From positions 62,001-126,000 of the IMG/VR virus record IMGVR_UViG_3300032046_000001: a stretch of DNA of 64,000 nt. One strand, 5' to 3'. Within the stretch, counting starts at the first letter, position 1; each line of letters begins with the position of its first letter. The notes beneath the pieces were generated by a model. The model saw only the letters and a list, made by a program, of their open reading frames with translations, was not told the DNA's origin and ran no database searches. Shown in pieces: positions 38,193 to 48,807 of this stretch. A program made the translations under genes and the position numbers.

Positions 38193-39444
38193 TGCTGGTA
38201 GAGAACACGCCATTTGTAAAAAATTATATGATGATAAGAAAGTTTCTCAGATATATTGTATTCCAGGCAATGCTGGTATACGAGATATAGCCACATGTAT
38301 TGATATTGATATATTGGATTTTGATAGTTTAATCAAATTCGCAAAAGAACATACTATTGATTATACCATTGTAGGTCCAGAACTTCCGTTATCACTTGGT
38401 ATAGTCGATAAGTTTCAAGAAAATAATCTCAAAATATTCGGTCCTACCCAAAAAGCCTCTCAAATGGAATCCAGCAAAGTTTTTGCTAAAAATTTAATGA
38501 AAGAAAATAATATCCCAACGGCAGATTATAATGTCTTTGACAATCCTATGGATGCCAAAGAGTACATTATGAGGTCAGGAAAGCCACTTGTAATCAAAGC
38601 AGACGGCTTATCTTCAGGTAAGGGTGTGTTTGTATGTAATGATAAAATCGACGCTACAATGGCCATTCAGACGATTATGGAAGATAAGAAATTTGGAGAA
38701 TCTGGTAATAAGATTATCATAGAAGAAAAATTAGAAGGTTATGAATTATCTCTATTACTATTCGTTAATGGAATGTCTTTTGAATCAATGATTCTTGCTA
38801 AAGATCACAAACGAATATTTGATGGAGACAAAGGTGAAAATACTGGTGGAATGGGTTGTATAGCACCAATGAAAATTAGTTATACTTTAGAACAAAAGAT
38901 CTTGTATAAGATTATATATTCAACTCTTAATGGAATGTATAATGCAGGATTGAATTACTGTGGTGTTTTATTTATTGGTCTTATGATTGTAAGTTCAAAA
39001 GAAGGAACCAAGTCTTTTAATGATCCATTTGTTCTTGAATATAATGTTAGATTTGGTGATCCAGAGACACAAGTGATTCTTCCACTAATGAGAAATAATT
39101 TGATTGATATTATAAAAAATACTATTGATAATAAATTAGAAAGAAGTTGGTTAACTTGGTATAATAAATTCGCAACTTGTGTTATTTTGTCATCTGGTGG
39201 TTATCCTGATAAATATGAAGTTGGAAAAGAAATCACTGGTTTCGAGAATATTAAAGATTCTTATGTTTTTCATTCTGGTACAATATTAAAAGATGATAAA
39301 TATTATACCAATGGTGGAAGAGTATTGGGTATTACTTCTCTTGGAAAAGATAGAGAAGAGAGTATAAAGAATGTTTATAATGAAGTTAAAAAAATAAACT
39401 TTGAAGGAATGTATTATAGGAGAGATATAGGAAAATGTGTTTAG
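38167..39444 (+). CDS. purD: Phosphoribosylamine-glycine ligase
   Basis: GREHA, PGNAG, VGPE, KADGL..GKGV, NTGGMG, EYNVRFGDPE, YRRDIG. Confidence 0.95.
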   Translation: MMNILVIGNAGREHAICKKLYDDKKVSQIYCIPGNAGIRDIATCIDIDILDFDSLIKFAKEHTIDYTIVGPELPLSLGIVDKFQENNLKIFGPTQKASQMESSKVFAKNLMKENNIPTADYNVFDNPMDAKEYIMRSGKPLVIKADGLSSGKGVFVCNDKIDATMAIQTIMEDKKFGESGNKIIIEEKLEGYELSLLLFVNGMSFESMILAKDHKRIFDGDKGENTGGMGCIAPMKISYTLEQKILYKIIYSTLNGMYNAGLNYCGVLFIGLMIVSSKEGTKSFNDPFVLEYNVRFGDPETQVILPLMRNNLIDIIKNTIDNKLERSWLTWYNKFATCVILSSGGYPDKYEVGKEITGFENIKDSYVFHSGTILKDDKYYTNGGRVLGITSLGKDREESIKNVYNEVKKINFEGMYYRRDIGKCV

Positions 39445-39956
39445 AACAGGAATTTTTATTTAAAAAAGAAATAACTAACTATCAAAGTTTCATGGAAGTG
39501 ATGACATCATTTTATATGGCTGAATTACCATATGAATTCAGAATAAAAACCTATATAAATTATTTACTATTATTTTCACATAATATTGATATTGGTTATA
39601 TTGTTAGAGATTTAGATGAGGCAAAATATATTATAAATAAGTTATATGAACTTTTTGATAATTTACCAAAAATACTACGACCTCAATTTTATAAGAAAAA
39701 TGAATTTAGTTGTATCACAATGAATAGTAGAAATTCGTTTCAAATGATTTATAAAAAATCCGACATTCTTGGAAGACGTTATGATTATATAATTGTTGAT
39801 GATTATGAAACTTACAAATGTTTTGCTAATGAATTAGTTCCAAGTTTAGTACCAGATGGAAAAATTATCACAAGAATGAATTTTGATGATGTTATCAGCG
39901 ATAGAGAACCAATATGTAATAATAGTTGTGACTGTCCATATAAGAAGGTTTGGTGA
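39435..39956 (+). CDS. Hypothetical protein (Walker-B-like YIIVDD)
   Basis: GRRYDYIIVDD weakly recalls terminase ATPase fragments. Confidence 0.4.
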   Translation: MCLEQEFLFKKEITNYQSFMEVMTSFYMAELPYEFRIKTYINYLLLFSHNIDIGYIVRDLDEAKYIINKLYELFDNLPKILRPQFYKKNEFSCITMNSRNSFQMIYKKSDILGRRYDYIIVDDYETYKCFANELVPSLVPDGKIITRMNFDDVISDREPICNNSCDCPYKKVW

Positions 39957-39957
39957 A

Positions 39958-40413
39958 ATGATTAAACTAATTGAAGAAGAAGAAAAATTATTACCATGTA
40001 ATCCAATTATGGCTATTAAGTCAATTCGTGATAGAGCTGATTGTTCTTTAAGAGAAGCTAAAGAAGCAGTAGATTCACATCCAAAATATAAAACAAGAAT
40101 AGAACTCTATGATAGATTATGTCCAGTTTGTGAAGAACCAGTTTGTATTCAATGTAATGGTTGTCGATGTATATGTGGTAACTTAATTATTGAAGCTTAT
40201 CCGAAATCAGTTCAAGAAAAATTAGAACAACTCATAGCAGAAGTTGATGACACTTGTATTGATAATGAACGAATAGCAAGGAAAAGTAATATCAACGAAG
40301 TAGAAAAATATAAAGATTATCAATGGGATGGTTGTTGTGGATTTGTTGATGAAGAATTTACAGCACCAGAAGATGGTAAGATGTACTTAATCGGATTTAA
40401 TTATGGACATTGA
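39958..40413 (+). CDS. Ribosomal L7/L12 C-terminal-like domain plus Cys-rich region
   Basis: IMAIKSIR....[10 protein letters not shown] matches the bL12 CTD helix motif. Confidence 0.55.
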   Translation: MIKLIEEEEKLLPCNPIMAIKSIRDRADCSLREAKEAVDSHPKYKTRIELYDRLCPVCEEPVCIQCNGCRCICGNLIIEAYPKSVQEKLEQLIAEVDDTCIDNERIARKSNINEVEKYKDYQWDGCCGFVDEEFTAPEDGKMYLIGFNYGH

Positions 40414-40618
40414 AAATAAAAAAGTGATATTTTATCATAAAAGACCTGATGGTTATAATGATGAAATGGATTTTTTTGAAAGTACTATAGCTGATCTTAT
40501 TGAAAGAGATTGGATATATAAAAAAGATGGTGCTTATTGGATGAGAACCACCCTTGTTGGTGATGATAAAGATCGTATTATTATAAGGTCGTATAAAGGA
40601 GATAAAAATGAAATATGA
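40403..40618 (+). CDS. Hypothetical protein
   Basis: Coupled ORF. Confidence 0.5.
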   Translation: MDIENKKVIFYHKRPDGYNDEMDFFESTIADLIERDWIYKKDGAYWMRTTLVGDDKDRIIIRSYKGDKNEI

Positions 40619-40913
40619 ATGTTCTGAATGTGGTTGGATAGGGACAGAAGAAAAAATGAAAATTGATTATTATAATGATAATAAAAATAATTGTAAAATT
40701 GTAATTTATAGATGTCCTAAATGTGATTGTTCATTACTTGAAGGTATACAAAAAATGAAATATAAATGTTCTGAATGTGGTTGGATTGGATATCGTGATG
40801 CTATGGATTGTGATGAGTGGTATAGTGATGATTATTCTGATTCTGATTATTGTCTGACAGAATGTCATAAATGGCAAGATTTAGAAGATTATGAAAAAGT
40901 AGAAAGGAACTAA
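40608..40913 (+). CDS. Tandem-duplicated Zn-finger protein
   Basis: MKY(E/K)CSECGWIG at 40608 and 40755. Confidence 0.6.
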   Translation: MKYECSECGWIGTEEKMKIDYYNDNKNNCKIVIYRCPKCDCSLLEGIQKMKYKCSECGWIGYRDAMDCDEWYSDDYSDSDYCLTECHKWQDLEDYEKVERN

Positions 40914-40914
40914 A

Positions 40915-41232
40915 ATGAAAAATCCATTAACCAAAGAAGAACATGTCGAGTTATCAAAAAAATTATCAATCATTGCTCATAATTTAAATGAAATTACTCA
41001 AACATTGTATTCTCATTATAATACAACAAGTAAATTATATAAAACAATAAATAAATTAGATCCCAGAAATCCAAATGGATTATTTGGTGATTTGAGATGT
41101 TATCTGGATGATGAATGGTGTAAAATAATAAGTAATGGTGAAAATGATAAATATGGTTTTATTTATTATGCACTCGACAAAATATATGAGGAGTTAAATA
41201 AAGATGACACTACAAGAACGAATCAAGAATGA
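40915..41232 (+). CDS. Hypothetical protein
   Basis: SD AAGGA. Confidence 0.55.
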   Translation: MKNPLTKEEHVELSKKLSIIAHNLNEITQTLYSHYNTTSKLYKTINKLDPRNPNGLFGDLRCYLDDEWCKIISNGENDKYGFIYYALDKIYEELNKDDTTRTNQE

Positions 41233-41611
41233 TTTAAATGAATCTATTAAAGCGAGAAATAAAGAAAAAACAAATATTTTAAAAGTTATATATGGCGAAC
41301 TTCAAAGACATGAAAAAAATTTAAATGATGAACAAGTTGAGGATGTTTTAAGAAAACTTATAAACGATGAAAAAGAGAATGTTGAAAGATTGAAAAAATC
41401 TGATATATATCATCAATATTTTTCACCATATTTACTCATATTAGAAAACTATGTACCACAACAAATATCTGAAGATGAAGTACGAAAGTGGATAATCGAT
41501 AATATCGATTTTTCTCAATATAAAAATAAAAATGAATCAATTAAAGTTGTCAAAACTAAATTTAAAAATTATGATGGAAAGATAATCAAGAAGATTATAG
41601 AACAATTATGA
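41204..41611 (+). CDS. GatB/YqeY-domain protein
   Basis: L.ERI..DL..SIKAR...ILE.Y.PQQ.SE.EV. Confidence 0.75.
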   Translation: MTLQERIKNDLNESIKARNKEKTNILKVIYGELQRHEKNLNDEQVEDVLRKLINDEKENVERLKKSDIYHQYFSPYLLILENYVPQQISEDEVRKWIIDNIDFSQYKNKNESIKVVKTKFKNYDGKIIKKIIEQL

Positions 41612-42243
41612 TTGAACTATCTAGAGAAGAAATTCTTTCTAAATATGTAGATCATTATAACTTAACACTTGAAATGAGAGAAGATTCAGATAAAATATAT
41701 GAAAATATTATCGATTTTGAATATAAAGATGATTATAAGTGGTGGAAAAAAATTATATTTCCTCTTAATACGATAGAGGATTTAGAATTCTGGCAGTACT
41801 GTAATATATTTGGAAAACCAACTCAAAATAGATTAACATATCATCCACAAATGTTTAAAATCAACTTTATACCGAAATATGAATATTTTATTATACCAAA
41901 AGTAAGATTTTGTACTTGGCCAACAAGCGATACACCACATGATTGTATGCCTCTTTATGAAAAAATTAGATTGGAATCACTAACTGCTATATTTAGAGAA
42001 ACCAATAATATAACTTTTATGAGAATACAACCAAAAACAATTATAAAAAAAATTGGTAATGTTTCTATTAAAAGAACTGAGCATGAACATATTATAGATT
42101 GTAATAAATTATTTGAAATTATGAATTATGAATTTAGATTTTTTAAATTTGAATTAACTGTTGATGGATTTGAGAAATTATACTCAGATAAAAGAATTGA
42201 TTTATCAAATAAAGAGTATATAATCAGAATGGAGAATGTATGA
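41608..42243 (+). CDS. Hypothetical protein
   Basis: 211-aa coupled ORF. Confidence 0.6.
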   Translation: MIELSREEILSKYVDHYNLTLEMREDSDKIYENIIDFEYKDDYKWWKKIIFPLNTIEDLEFWQYCNIFGKPTQNRLTYHPQMFKINFIPKYEYFIIPKVRFCTWPTSDTPHDCMPLYEKIRLESLTAIFRETNNITFMRIQPKTIIKKIGNVSIKRTEHEHIIDCNKLFEIMNYEFRFFKFELTVDGFEKLYSDKRIDLSNKEYIIRMENV

Positions 42244-42728
42244 AACTCGTATTAAATGAATCTGATCAAGAATTGGCTAAGAAATTAGGTGAAGCTCGTA
42301 GATTAGAAAATAGAAAAAATGGAATTAAAGATCAAAAACGAACAACTAAATTAACATCAGAAGAAATAGATTTATATGGTATTGCCACTGAAATAGCTGT
42401 TGGTAGATACTTGGGATTACAACCCGATTTATCAATTCACTCAAGACATGGTGGACATGATTTAATTTCTGAGAATGGTGTTAAGATAGATGTTAAATAT
42501 ACATCAAGTCCAAAAGGTGATTTATTATTAATGCCAAGTAAGACACTGAAGGATGCTGATATTTATATTGTCTGTACTGGAAAGTTTCCAGTGTTTGAAG
42601 TTGCTGGATGGGCGAATGCAAAAGATGTAATTAAAAAAGAAAATATAACTGATCTTGGACATGGACCTGCCTATAAATATCCGAGATATAAACTATCTAA
42701 ATTGGAAACTTTAAGGAGTGAATTATAA
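42240..42728 (+). CDS. Putative PD-(D/E)XK nuclease
   Basis: E...GGHDL......IDVK. Confidence 0.5.
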   Translation: MKLVLNESDQELAKKLGEARRLENRKNGIKDQKRTTKLTSEEIDLYGIATEIAVGRYLGLQPDLSIHSRHGGHDLISENGVKIDVKYTSSPKGDLLLMPSKTLKDADIYIVCTGKFPVFEVAGWANAKDVIKKENITDLGHGPAYKYPRYKLSKLETLRSEL

Positions 42729-43024
42729 TGTTTGATTGGTTTAGAGAACGCAGAGAAAAAAACAATATTAAAACAAAATTCTTGAAAGAACATGATCTTC
42801 CAAAATACTCTCCTGAAAGTGGAATACCATTAAGATGGAATATTGAAGTTATTCAAAATGGTCCATATGACACAAAAACAGGAGAACCACTTGGAGATTT
42901 TGAAGTGATTGTTAATCAAGTTTCACCAAGATTTAGTGAAATAATTATAGATAGAAGAGTATATGTTTATAATATAAAATCAAAGAAATTAGAAGTTGAT
43001 GATTCATATATTTGGACAGTATAA
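42728..43024 (+). CDS. Hypothetical protein, paralog of 43024
   Basis: LP.YSP..GI.LRWNI...Q.GPYD..TG.P.G. Confidence 0.65.
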   Translation: MFDWFRERREKNNIKTKFLKEHDLPKYSPESGIPLRWNIEVIQNGPYDTKTGEPLGDFEVIVNQVSPRFSEIIIDRRVYVYNIKSKKLEVDDSYIWTV

Positions 43025-43413
43025 TGTTTAAAAAAATTTTAGATTTCTTCAGAGATAAAAGAGAAGAAGAAGACATAAAAAAGAATTTTTTAAAAAATAA
43101 AGATACTCGTTTACCAAGATACTCCCCAATAACTGGTATAGAACTTAGATGGAATATTATATCTGATCAAAAAGGTCCATATGATATATATACTGGTAGA
43201 CCTATTGGAGAAATTACAGTTTGGGTACTACAAGAACCTCCAACACATGGAGAATTATTAAGAGATAATAGACACTATAAATATTCAGTATTAACAGGCA
43301 ATCTAACAACTGATGAAATATTCGAATGGAAATTTATTTTGAATGAAACATGGGATGAACTATGTTCAGAAGAAGGAAAAATACAACTTAGATATAAAGA
43401 GGATAATAAATGA
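43024..43413 (+). CDS. Hypothetical protein, paralog of 42728
   Basis: Shared blocks as above. Confidence 0.65.
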   Translation: MFKKILDFFRDKREEEDIKKNFLKNKDTRLPRYSPITGIELRWNIISDQKGPYDIYTGRPIGEITVWVLQEPPTHGELLRDNRHYKYSVLTGNLTTDEIFEWKFILNETWDELCSEEGKIQLRYKEDNK

Positions 43414-44246
43414 ATACTGATCCATTAAATAAACGAATTATTTTAGCTCTTGATGTTAGTACCATTGATGAAGCTAAAAATATTGTAAATAAACTAAAAG
43501 ACAAAATTAAATTTTATAAAGTTGGACTTCAATTATTTTTAGTTGGTGGTACTGACTTTTTAAAGTGGTTAAAAGATAAAGATATAGATATTATGTTAGA
43601 TCTAAAATTCTTTGATATTCCCAGAACTATAGATTCTGCTATCAATCAAGTTCAAGAATACGCAAGATATTTAACTGTCCATTCTCAATGTAATATTTTA
43701 GACAAGATTGATGAAAAATACAGAAAGAAAATTTTAGGTGTTAGTGTATTAACATGTTTTAATGATATTGATATACAAGATGATTGTGGAATACACGACT
43801 ATCATTATAATATATCAGTAGATACGTTTGTTCGAAGAAGAGTTGTACAGGCATATAAAACAGGATGTGCAGGTGCTGTACTATCAGGATTGGAATTGGA
43901 AACTATCAGAGAGACATTGACATTTCAACGAAGAGTTTGGGACATACATAATCCTGATTTTGTTTTAATCACCCCAGGAATTCAATTAACCGAACAAAGA
44001 AATGATGATCAAAAAAGAGTTGTAACCATTGAAGAGGCTTTTAATAGTGGTGCTGATTATGTTGTTATTGGAAGACCGATATTAAAATCAGATGATATGA
44101 TTAAGACTATAGAATTGGCACAGGAACAAATATCAAAATGTGGTATTAAATTTGGTGTTGCTCAAGTTCCTGCTGTTGTTCATCATTTAGATGGAACAAT
44201 AATATTGGTTGATGATAACTATAATAAAGGTGAAAAAGTAAAATGA
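43410..44246 (+). CDS. pyrF: Orotidine-5'-phosphate decarboxylase
   Basis: LALD, KVG, DLKFFDIPRT, TPGI, DDQKRV, VIGRPI. Confidence 0.92.
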   Translation: MNTDPLNKRIILALDVSTIDEAKNIVNKLKDKIKFYKVGLQLFLVGGTDFLKWLKDKDIDIMLDLKFFDIPRTIDSAINQVQEYARYLTVHSQCNILDKIDEKYRKKILGVSVLTCFNDIDIQDDCGIHDYHYNISVDTFVRRRVVQAYKTGCAGAVLSGLELETIRETLTFQRRVWDIHNPDFVLITPGIQLTEQRNDDQKRVVTIEEAFNSGADYVVIGRPILKSDDMIKTIELAQEQISKCGIKFGVAQVPAVVHHLDGTIILVDDNYNKGEKVK

Positions 44247-44509
44247 CAGATGAATTAAAAGAGTGTTTTGAAAATATTAAAGAATTTTTAGCTGAACAAG
44301 TTGGTGAAGTTGTTGATGACAAAACTTTCAATCATATGAAAGAATCAATGAAAAATATATTAACAGAACATGGAAAGTTAAATGAGAGTGTTGTGAATAT
44401 TGACTTAGATTATGATACTAAAGATAGATCTTTAAAGATACATATTCAGATACCAGATTTTGAAGCAACATATACTCTTAGAAATTTCACATTAGAGGAT
44501 GAAAATTGA
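44243..44509 (+). CDS. Hypothetical protein
   Basis: Coupled ORF. Confidence 0.55.
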   Translation: MTDELKECFENIKEFLAEQVGEVVDDKTFNHMKESMKNILTEHGKLNESVVNIDLDYDTKDRSLKIHIQIPDFEATYTLRNFTLEDEN

Positions 44510-45492
44510 AAAATATAGCAGTATGTGGAGCGGGTTGGTGGGGAAAAAATCTAATTCGTAATTTTTATGAGTTGGGTTCTTTAGGTTTAATATGCGACTC
44601 AGATCCATTACGAAAAGAATATTATAAAAATTTATATCCAGATATTCCATTCACAAATGATTATAATTCAGTTCTAAATAATAAAAATATAAAAGCTGTT
44701 GTTATAGCAACTCCTGCTGAGACACATTATAATCTGGCAAAAGCAGCCCTAACAAATGATAAAGATGTTTTTGTAGAAAAACCTATATGTCTCGATACAA
44801 CAGAGGCTGAGAAATTAGTTGAACAAGCAGAGTGTATGAAGAAAATTTTAATGGTTGGACATGTACTTCAGTATCACCCTGCAATAACAAAATTAAAAGA
44901 GTTGATTGATACTAATTATTTAGGGAAAATAAATTATATTTATTCTAATAGATTGAATATTGGAAAAATAAGAACGAGTGAAAATGTGACACTATCATTT
45001 GCTCCTCATGATATATCGGTAATATTAATGTTATTAAATGATTATCCAATAAGTATTTATTCAACTGGCGGGACATATTTACAGAATAATATTGCTGATG
45101 TAACAATGACAACAATGAAATTTAGTTCAAATATTAATGCTCATATATTCGTTAGCTGGTTAAATCCGTTTAAAGAGCAAAAATTAGTTGTTATTGGTAG
45201 TGAAAGAATGATTGTATTTGATGACACAATAGAGAATAAATTAATTTCATACAATCACGAAATAAAATGGGAGAATCAAGTACCTATTATTAATAAAGCA
45301 AAAGGTGAAGTTATTGAAATTGAGAAATCAGAACCATTAAAGGAAGAGTGTAGACATTTTATAGAGTGTATTGAAAATAGACAACAACCTAAAACAAATA
45401 GTATGGAGGGATTACGTGTATTAAATATACTTCTATTATGTGATCACTCATTAAAAACTGGTTGTCAATTAAACGACTTAATGAAAATTTAA
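44506..45492 (+). CDS. Gfo/Idh/MocA oxidoreductase (WbpB/WlbA-like nucleotide-sugar dehydrogenase)
   Basis: GAGWWG, IATP..TH, VEKP, MVGH, APHD. Confidence 0.85.
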   Translation: MKNIAVCGAGWWGKNLIRNFYELGSLGLICDSDPLRKEYYKNLYPDIPFTNDYNSVLNNKNIKAVVIATPAETHYNLAKAALTNDKDVFVEKPICLDTTEAEKLVEQAECMKKILMVGHVLQYHPAITKLKELIDTNYLGKINYIYSNRLNIGKIRTSENVTLSFAPHDISVILMLLNDYPISIYSTGGTYLQNNIADVTMTTMKFSSNINAHIFVSWLNPFKEQKLVVIGSERMIVFDDTIENKLISYNHEIKWENQVPIINKAKGEVIEIEKSEPLKEECRHFIECIENRQQPKTNSMEGLRVLNILLLCDHSLKTGCQLNDLMKI

Positions 45493-45502
45493 GGAAAACT
45501 TT

Positions 45503-46810
45503 ATGCCAAATCCAAAAAAATATTATGTTCTAGACACTAATATTCTATTACAAGATCCAAATTCAATTTTTTCGTTTCAGGATAATTATATCATACTTCC
45601 ATTTGCGGTTATTGAAGAACTTGACCACATTAAAAAAGAACAAAGTGAAGTTGGTAGAAATGCTAGATGTGTCTCGAAGAAATTAGATGAGTTAAGAAAA
45701 ACAGGTAATTTAGCTGAAGGGGTTAAATTATCTACTGGTGGTATATTAAAGATTGAAACAAATAATACTTATATGCCTCCAATCGCAGTTCTTGATCCTG
45801 ATAAATTTGATAATAAAATATTAGCTGTCGCATATAATTTAAATAAAAATATTAAAAGTGTTGTTTTAGTCACTAATGATTTAAATTTAAGAATAAAAGC
45901 TGATACTCTGAAAGTAGAAGCTCAAGCATATGAAAAAGATGTTGTTGATCATACTCAGTTGTATGAAGAAAGTAGAACGCTACTTTTAGAGAGTTCCGAA
46001 ATCGATAAATTTTATAAGAATAAAAGATTGGAAACTTCAATTCAATCTTATCCAAATGAATTTTTTGTTTTGAAAAGTATTGATGAAACCAATCATTCTG
46101 GTTTAGCCAGATATATTAATGGAGCGTTGTATCCATTGAAATATGAAAATGAAAATGTATTTGATCTTAAAGCTAAAAATAAAGAGCAAAAATTTGCATT
46201 TGAATTACTATTAAATCCTGATATTAAAATAATCACATTAATTGGTTGTGCTGGAACAGGAAAAACGCTTGTTAGTCTTGCCACAGGACTTGAATTAGTT
46301 GTTAATCAAAATTTATATTCTAAATTATTGGTAACTAGACCCGTGGTTCCAATGGGCAACGATTTAGGATATCTCAAAGGAAGTAAAGAAGAGAAATTAA
46401 GACCTTGGATGCAACCTATTTATGATAATATGGAATTTTTATTTTCTAAAAATAATTCGAAAAAAAGAGCAAGTCAATTAGTAGATGAATTAATTGATTT
46501 TGGTCAGATAGAGTTAGAATGTCTAACTTATATACGAGGGCGTAGTATTCCACAACAATTTATAATTTGTGATGAAGCTCAAAATATTTCACTTCATATG
46601 ATTAAGACTCTTCTAACACGAATAGGAGAAGGAACCAAGATAGTTCTAACTGGTGATCCATCCCAGATTGATAATCCATATTTAGATTCTACAAATAATG
46701 GTTTATCTGTAGTTGTTAATAAACTTAGAAATGTAGATTTTGCTGGTCATGTAACACTGTTGAAATCTGAGAGAAGTAAAGTTGCTGAGATGTGTGCGAA
46801 GATGTTATAA
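45503..46810 (+). CDS. phoH: PIN-PhoH (PhoH2/YlaK-like) ATPase
   Basis: VLDTN PIN domain; GCAGTGKT; RGRS; DEAQN; GDPSQID. Confidence 0.92.
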   Translation: MPNPKKYYVLDTNILLQDPNSIFSFQDNYIILPFAVIEELDHIKKEQSEVGRNARCVSKKLDELRKTGNLAEGVKLSTGGILKIETNNTYMPPIAVLDPDKFDNKILAVAYNLNKNIKSVVLVTNDLNLRIKADTLKVEAQAYEKDVVDHTQLYEESRTLLLESSEIDKFYKNKRLETSIQSYPNEFFVLKSIDETNHSGLARYINGALYPLKYENENVFDLKAKNKEQKFAFELLLNPDIKIITLIGCAGTGKTLVSLATGLELVVNQNLYSKLLVTRPVVPMGNDLGYLKGSKEEKLRPWMQPIYDNMEFLFSKNNSKKRASQLVDELIDFGQIELECLTYIRGRSIPQQFIICDEAQNISLHMIKTLLTRIGEGTKIVLTGDPSQIDNPYLDSTNNGLSVVVNKLRNVDFAGHVTLLKSERSKVAEMCAKML

Positions 46811-46868
46811 TATTAGATGAAGAAGATATAAATAAGAAAGAAAAATATTAAAGGAGTATTATATATAT

Positions 46869-47150
46869 ATGACTATTGAATTTAAAGAAAATAAAAATAC
46901 ATTAAAACTCTTAAATGAGAGACGAATGATTGAGTATATTTCAACTGTTATATCTAATAATGTTTTTAACTGTACTTTACCAGAAGCTGAATTAAAAATT
47001 ATTAATTTTATTTCAAACGTAATGAATAGGATGTATAGAAATAAAAATTTAATACCACTGGTTGAAACAGAGATTGATTATAATAGTGGTAAAATTTCAA
47101 TATGTTTTGATTTCTCAGATTATACGATGAGTTTTGATAAATATATATGA
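46869..47150 (+). CDS. Hypothetical protein, paralog of 34531
   Basis: SD AAGGAG. Confidence 0.6.
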   Translation: MTIEFKENKNTLKLLNERRMIEYISTVISNNVFNCTLPEAELKIINFISNVMNRMYRNKNLIPLVETEIDYNSGKISICFDFSDYTMSFDKYI

Positions 47151-47797
47151 AAATATTTAAAAATTTAGACTTACAAGATTTAGATGGTGAGATCTGGAAA
47201 GTTATAAAAGACTTTCCAGACTATTCTGTGAGTAATTTAGGTAGAGTTAAAAGTTTTAAATATGATAAAATAAATGGAAAAATAAGAAAACAACAAAAAA
47301 GTGATAAACATTTATTTCTTAGATTATGTAAAAATGGAAAACAAAAAAATAAAAAAATTCATATTTTAGAATTTGAATTTTTTAATAATTATAAATTAAA
47401 AGAAGATGAATGTGTTCATCATATTGATTTTAATCCAGAAAATAATATTTTAAATAATTTAATAATAATGCCAAAATCAGAGCATATTAAATTACATATG
47501 ACTGGAAAAGTATTTTCGGAAAAACATAAAAATAAAATGAGTGAAAATCATATTGGAATGAAAGGAAAATATCATTCTAAAGAAACAAAAAAATTAATGA
47601 GTATTAGTAGAATAATTAGTGGAAAACAAAAAGGTGAAAATAATCCAAGTCACAAATTAACAGAAGAACAAGTAATTCAAATTAAATTATTATTAAAAGA
47701 AGGTATATTAACTCAACAAGAAATAGCTGATATATTTGGAGTTGACAGAAAAACTATTTCGAATATAAAAACTGGAAGAACTTGGTATTATATATGA
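47147..47797 (+). CDS. NUMOD4-HNH homing endonuclease
   Basis: NUMOD4, CVHHIDFNPENN, NUMOD3, HTH; 12-bp flanking direct repeat. Confidence 0.85.
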   Translation: MKIFKNLDLQDLDGEIWKVIKDFPDYSVSNLGRVKSFKYDKINGKIRKQQKSDKHLFLRLCKNGKQKNKKIHILEFEFFNNYKLKEDECVHHIDFNPENNILNNLIIMPKSEHIKLHMTGKVFSEKHKNKMSENHIGMKGKYHSKETKKLMSISRIISGKQKGENNPSHKLTEEQVIQIKLLLKEGILTQQEIADIFGVDRKTISNIKTGRTWYYI

Positions 47798-48807
47798 AAA
47801 CATTCTGGTTATTTAGAACAGACTTAAAAATATTAGAAGATTACCATCAATATAATAATTTAGAGGATTTTGAAAATCACTGTTGGGATTTTTATTTAAC
47901 ACAGTGTTTGTGGTTATTAAGAAATACAGAGATTGAAAAAGTTATTATTTGGAGATTAATAAAATATCAAAAAGATGATATAATATTTGAACTTCCAAAT
48001 AAAAAATTATTTATTCAAAAATTTGTTTCAAATTTTGATAAATGTTTTAAATACAAATCTCCAGTGATCTCTTTTTGGCGTGGTGGATTTCCAGAATATG
48101 ATAATACCATTCAAAAGAAACCAAATCATTTTGGAACTAAATTATATCTTGGAGCATCAAAACGAAAATATCCAAGTTCAAAAGGACTCTATAACAAAAT
48201 ATTAGTTGAAGCTGATGAAGATTTAAAAAAGAACTGTATTACATTTTATAAGATTGGACCGCCTAAAATATTTTTCCCAATAGAAAATTCAGAAAAAAAA
48301 CACGATATTTGTTGGCCTAATAACTTTACACAGTTAAAATTTAAAGGACAAGAATATTTTATTTCTCAGATATCAAAATCAAAGTTCTTGAAAACTCTAA
48401 AGATTGTTCATGTGGGTAATGAACAAGATGTTGGAAAAAGATTGTGTCGAAAATATAAAGTGGATAATATCGAATTTATCGGTAGAAAAAATAGACACGA
48501 ATTAAATGAATATTTAAATCATTCTAAATTCGGATTAGTTACATCTAACCTGAACGATGGCTGTCCAAGAATCAGCACTGAAATATTAGCGACTGGATGT
48601 CCGTTGTTAATAAGAGATAAGACCAGATTATTAAATTATTATAAATTAAAGAGTGTCCGAATTTTTGATGATAGTAATTTAGAAACAGTGTTTATGAAAT
48701 CATTTCAAAAGTATGATGATTTAAGACAAAAAAATTTAGAATATTTAAAAAATGAATTTAGTTTTGATGTGATCTGTCAAAAAAATTTAAATTTATGGTC
48801 AATATAA
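47794..48807 (+). CDS. GT4-like glycosyltransferase
   Basis: KGQ, S..DGCPRISTE.LATG.P. Confidence 0.7.
   Translation: MKTFWLFRTDLKILEDYHQYNNLEDFENHCWDFYLTQCLWLLRNTEIEKVIIWRLIKYQKDDIIFELPNKKLFIQKFVSNFDKCFKYKSPVISFWRGGFPEYDNTIQKKPNHFGTKLYLGASKRKYPSSKGLYNKILVEADEDLKKNCITFYKIGPPKIFFPIENSEKKHDICWPNNFTQLKFKGQEYFISQISKSKFLKTLKIVHVGNEQDVGKRLCRKYKVDNIEFIGRKNRHELNEYLNHSKFGLVTSNLNDGCPRISTEILATGCPLLIRDKTRLLNYYKLKSVRIFDDSNLETVFMKSFQKYDDLRQKNLEYLKNEFSFDVICQKNLNLWSI

Noticed and set aside
39435-39956. Terminase large subunit
   Set aside because: Only a Walker-B-like patch in 173 aa; no Walker A and no nuclease domain.
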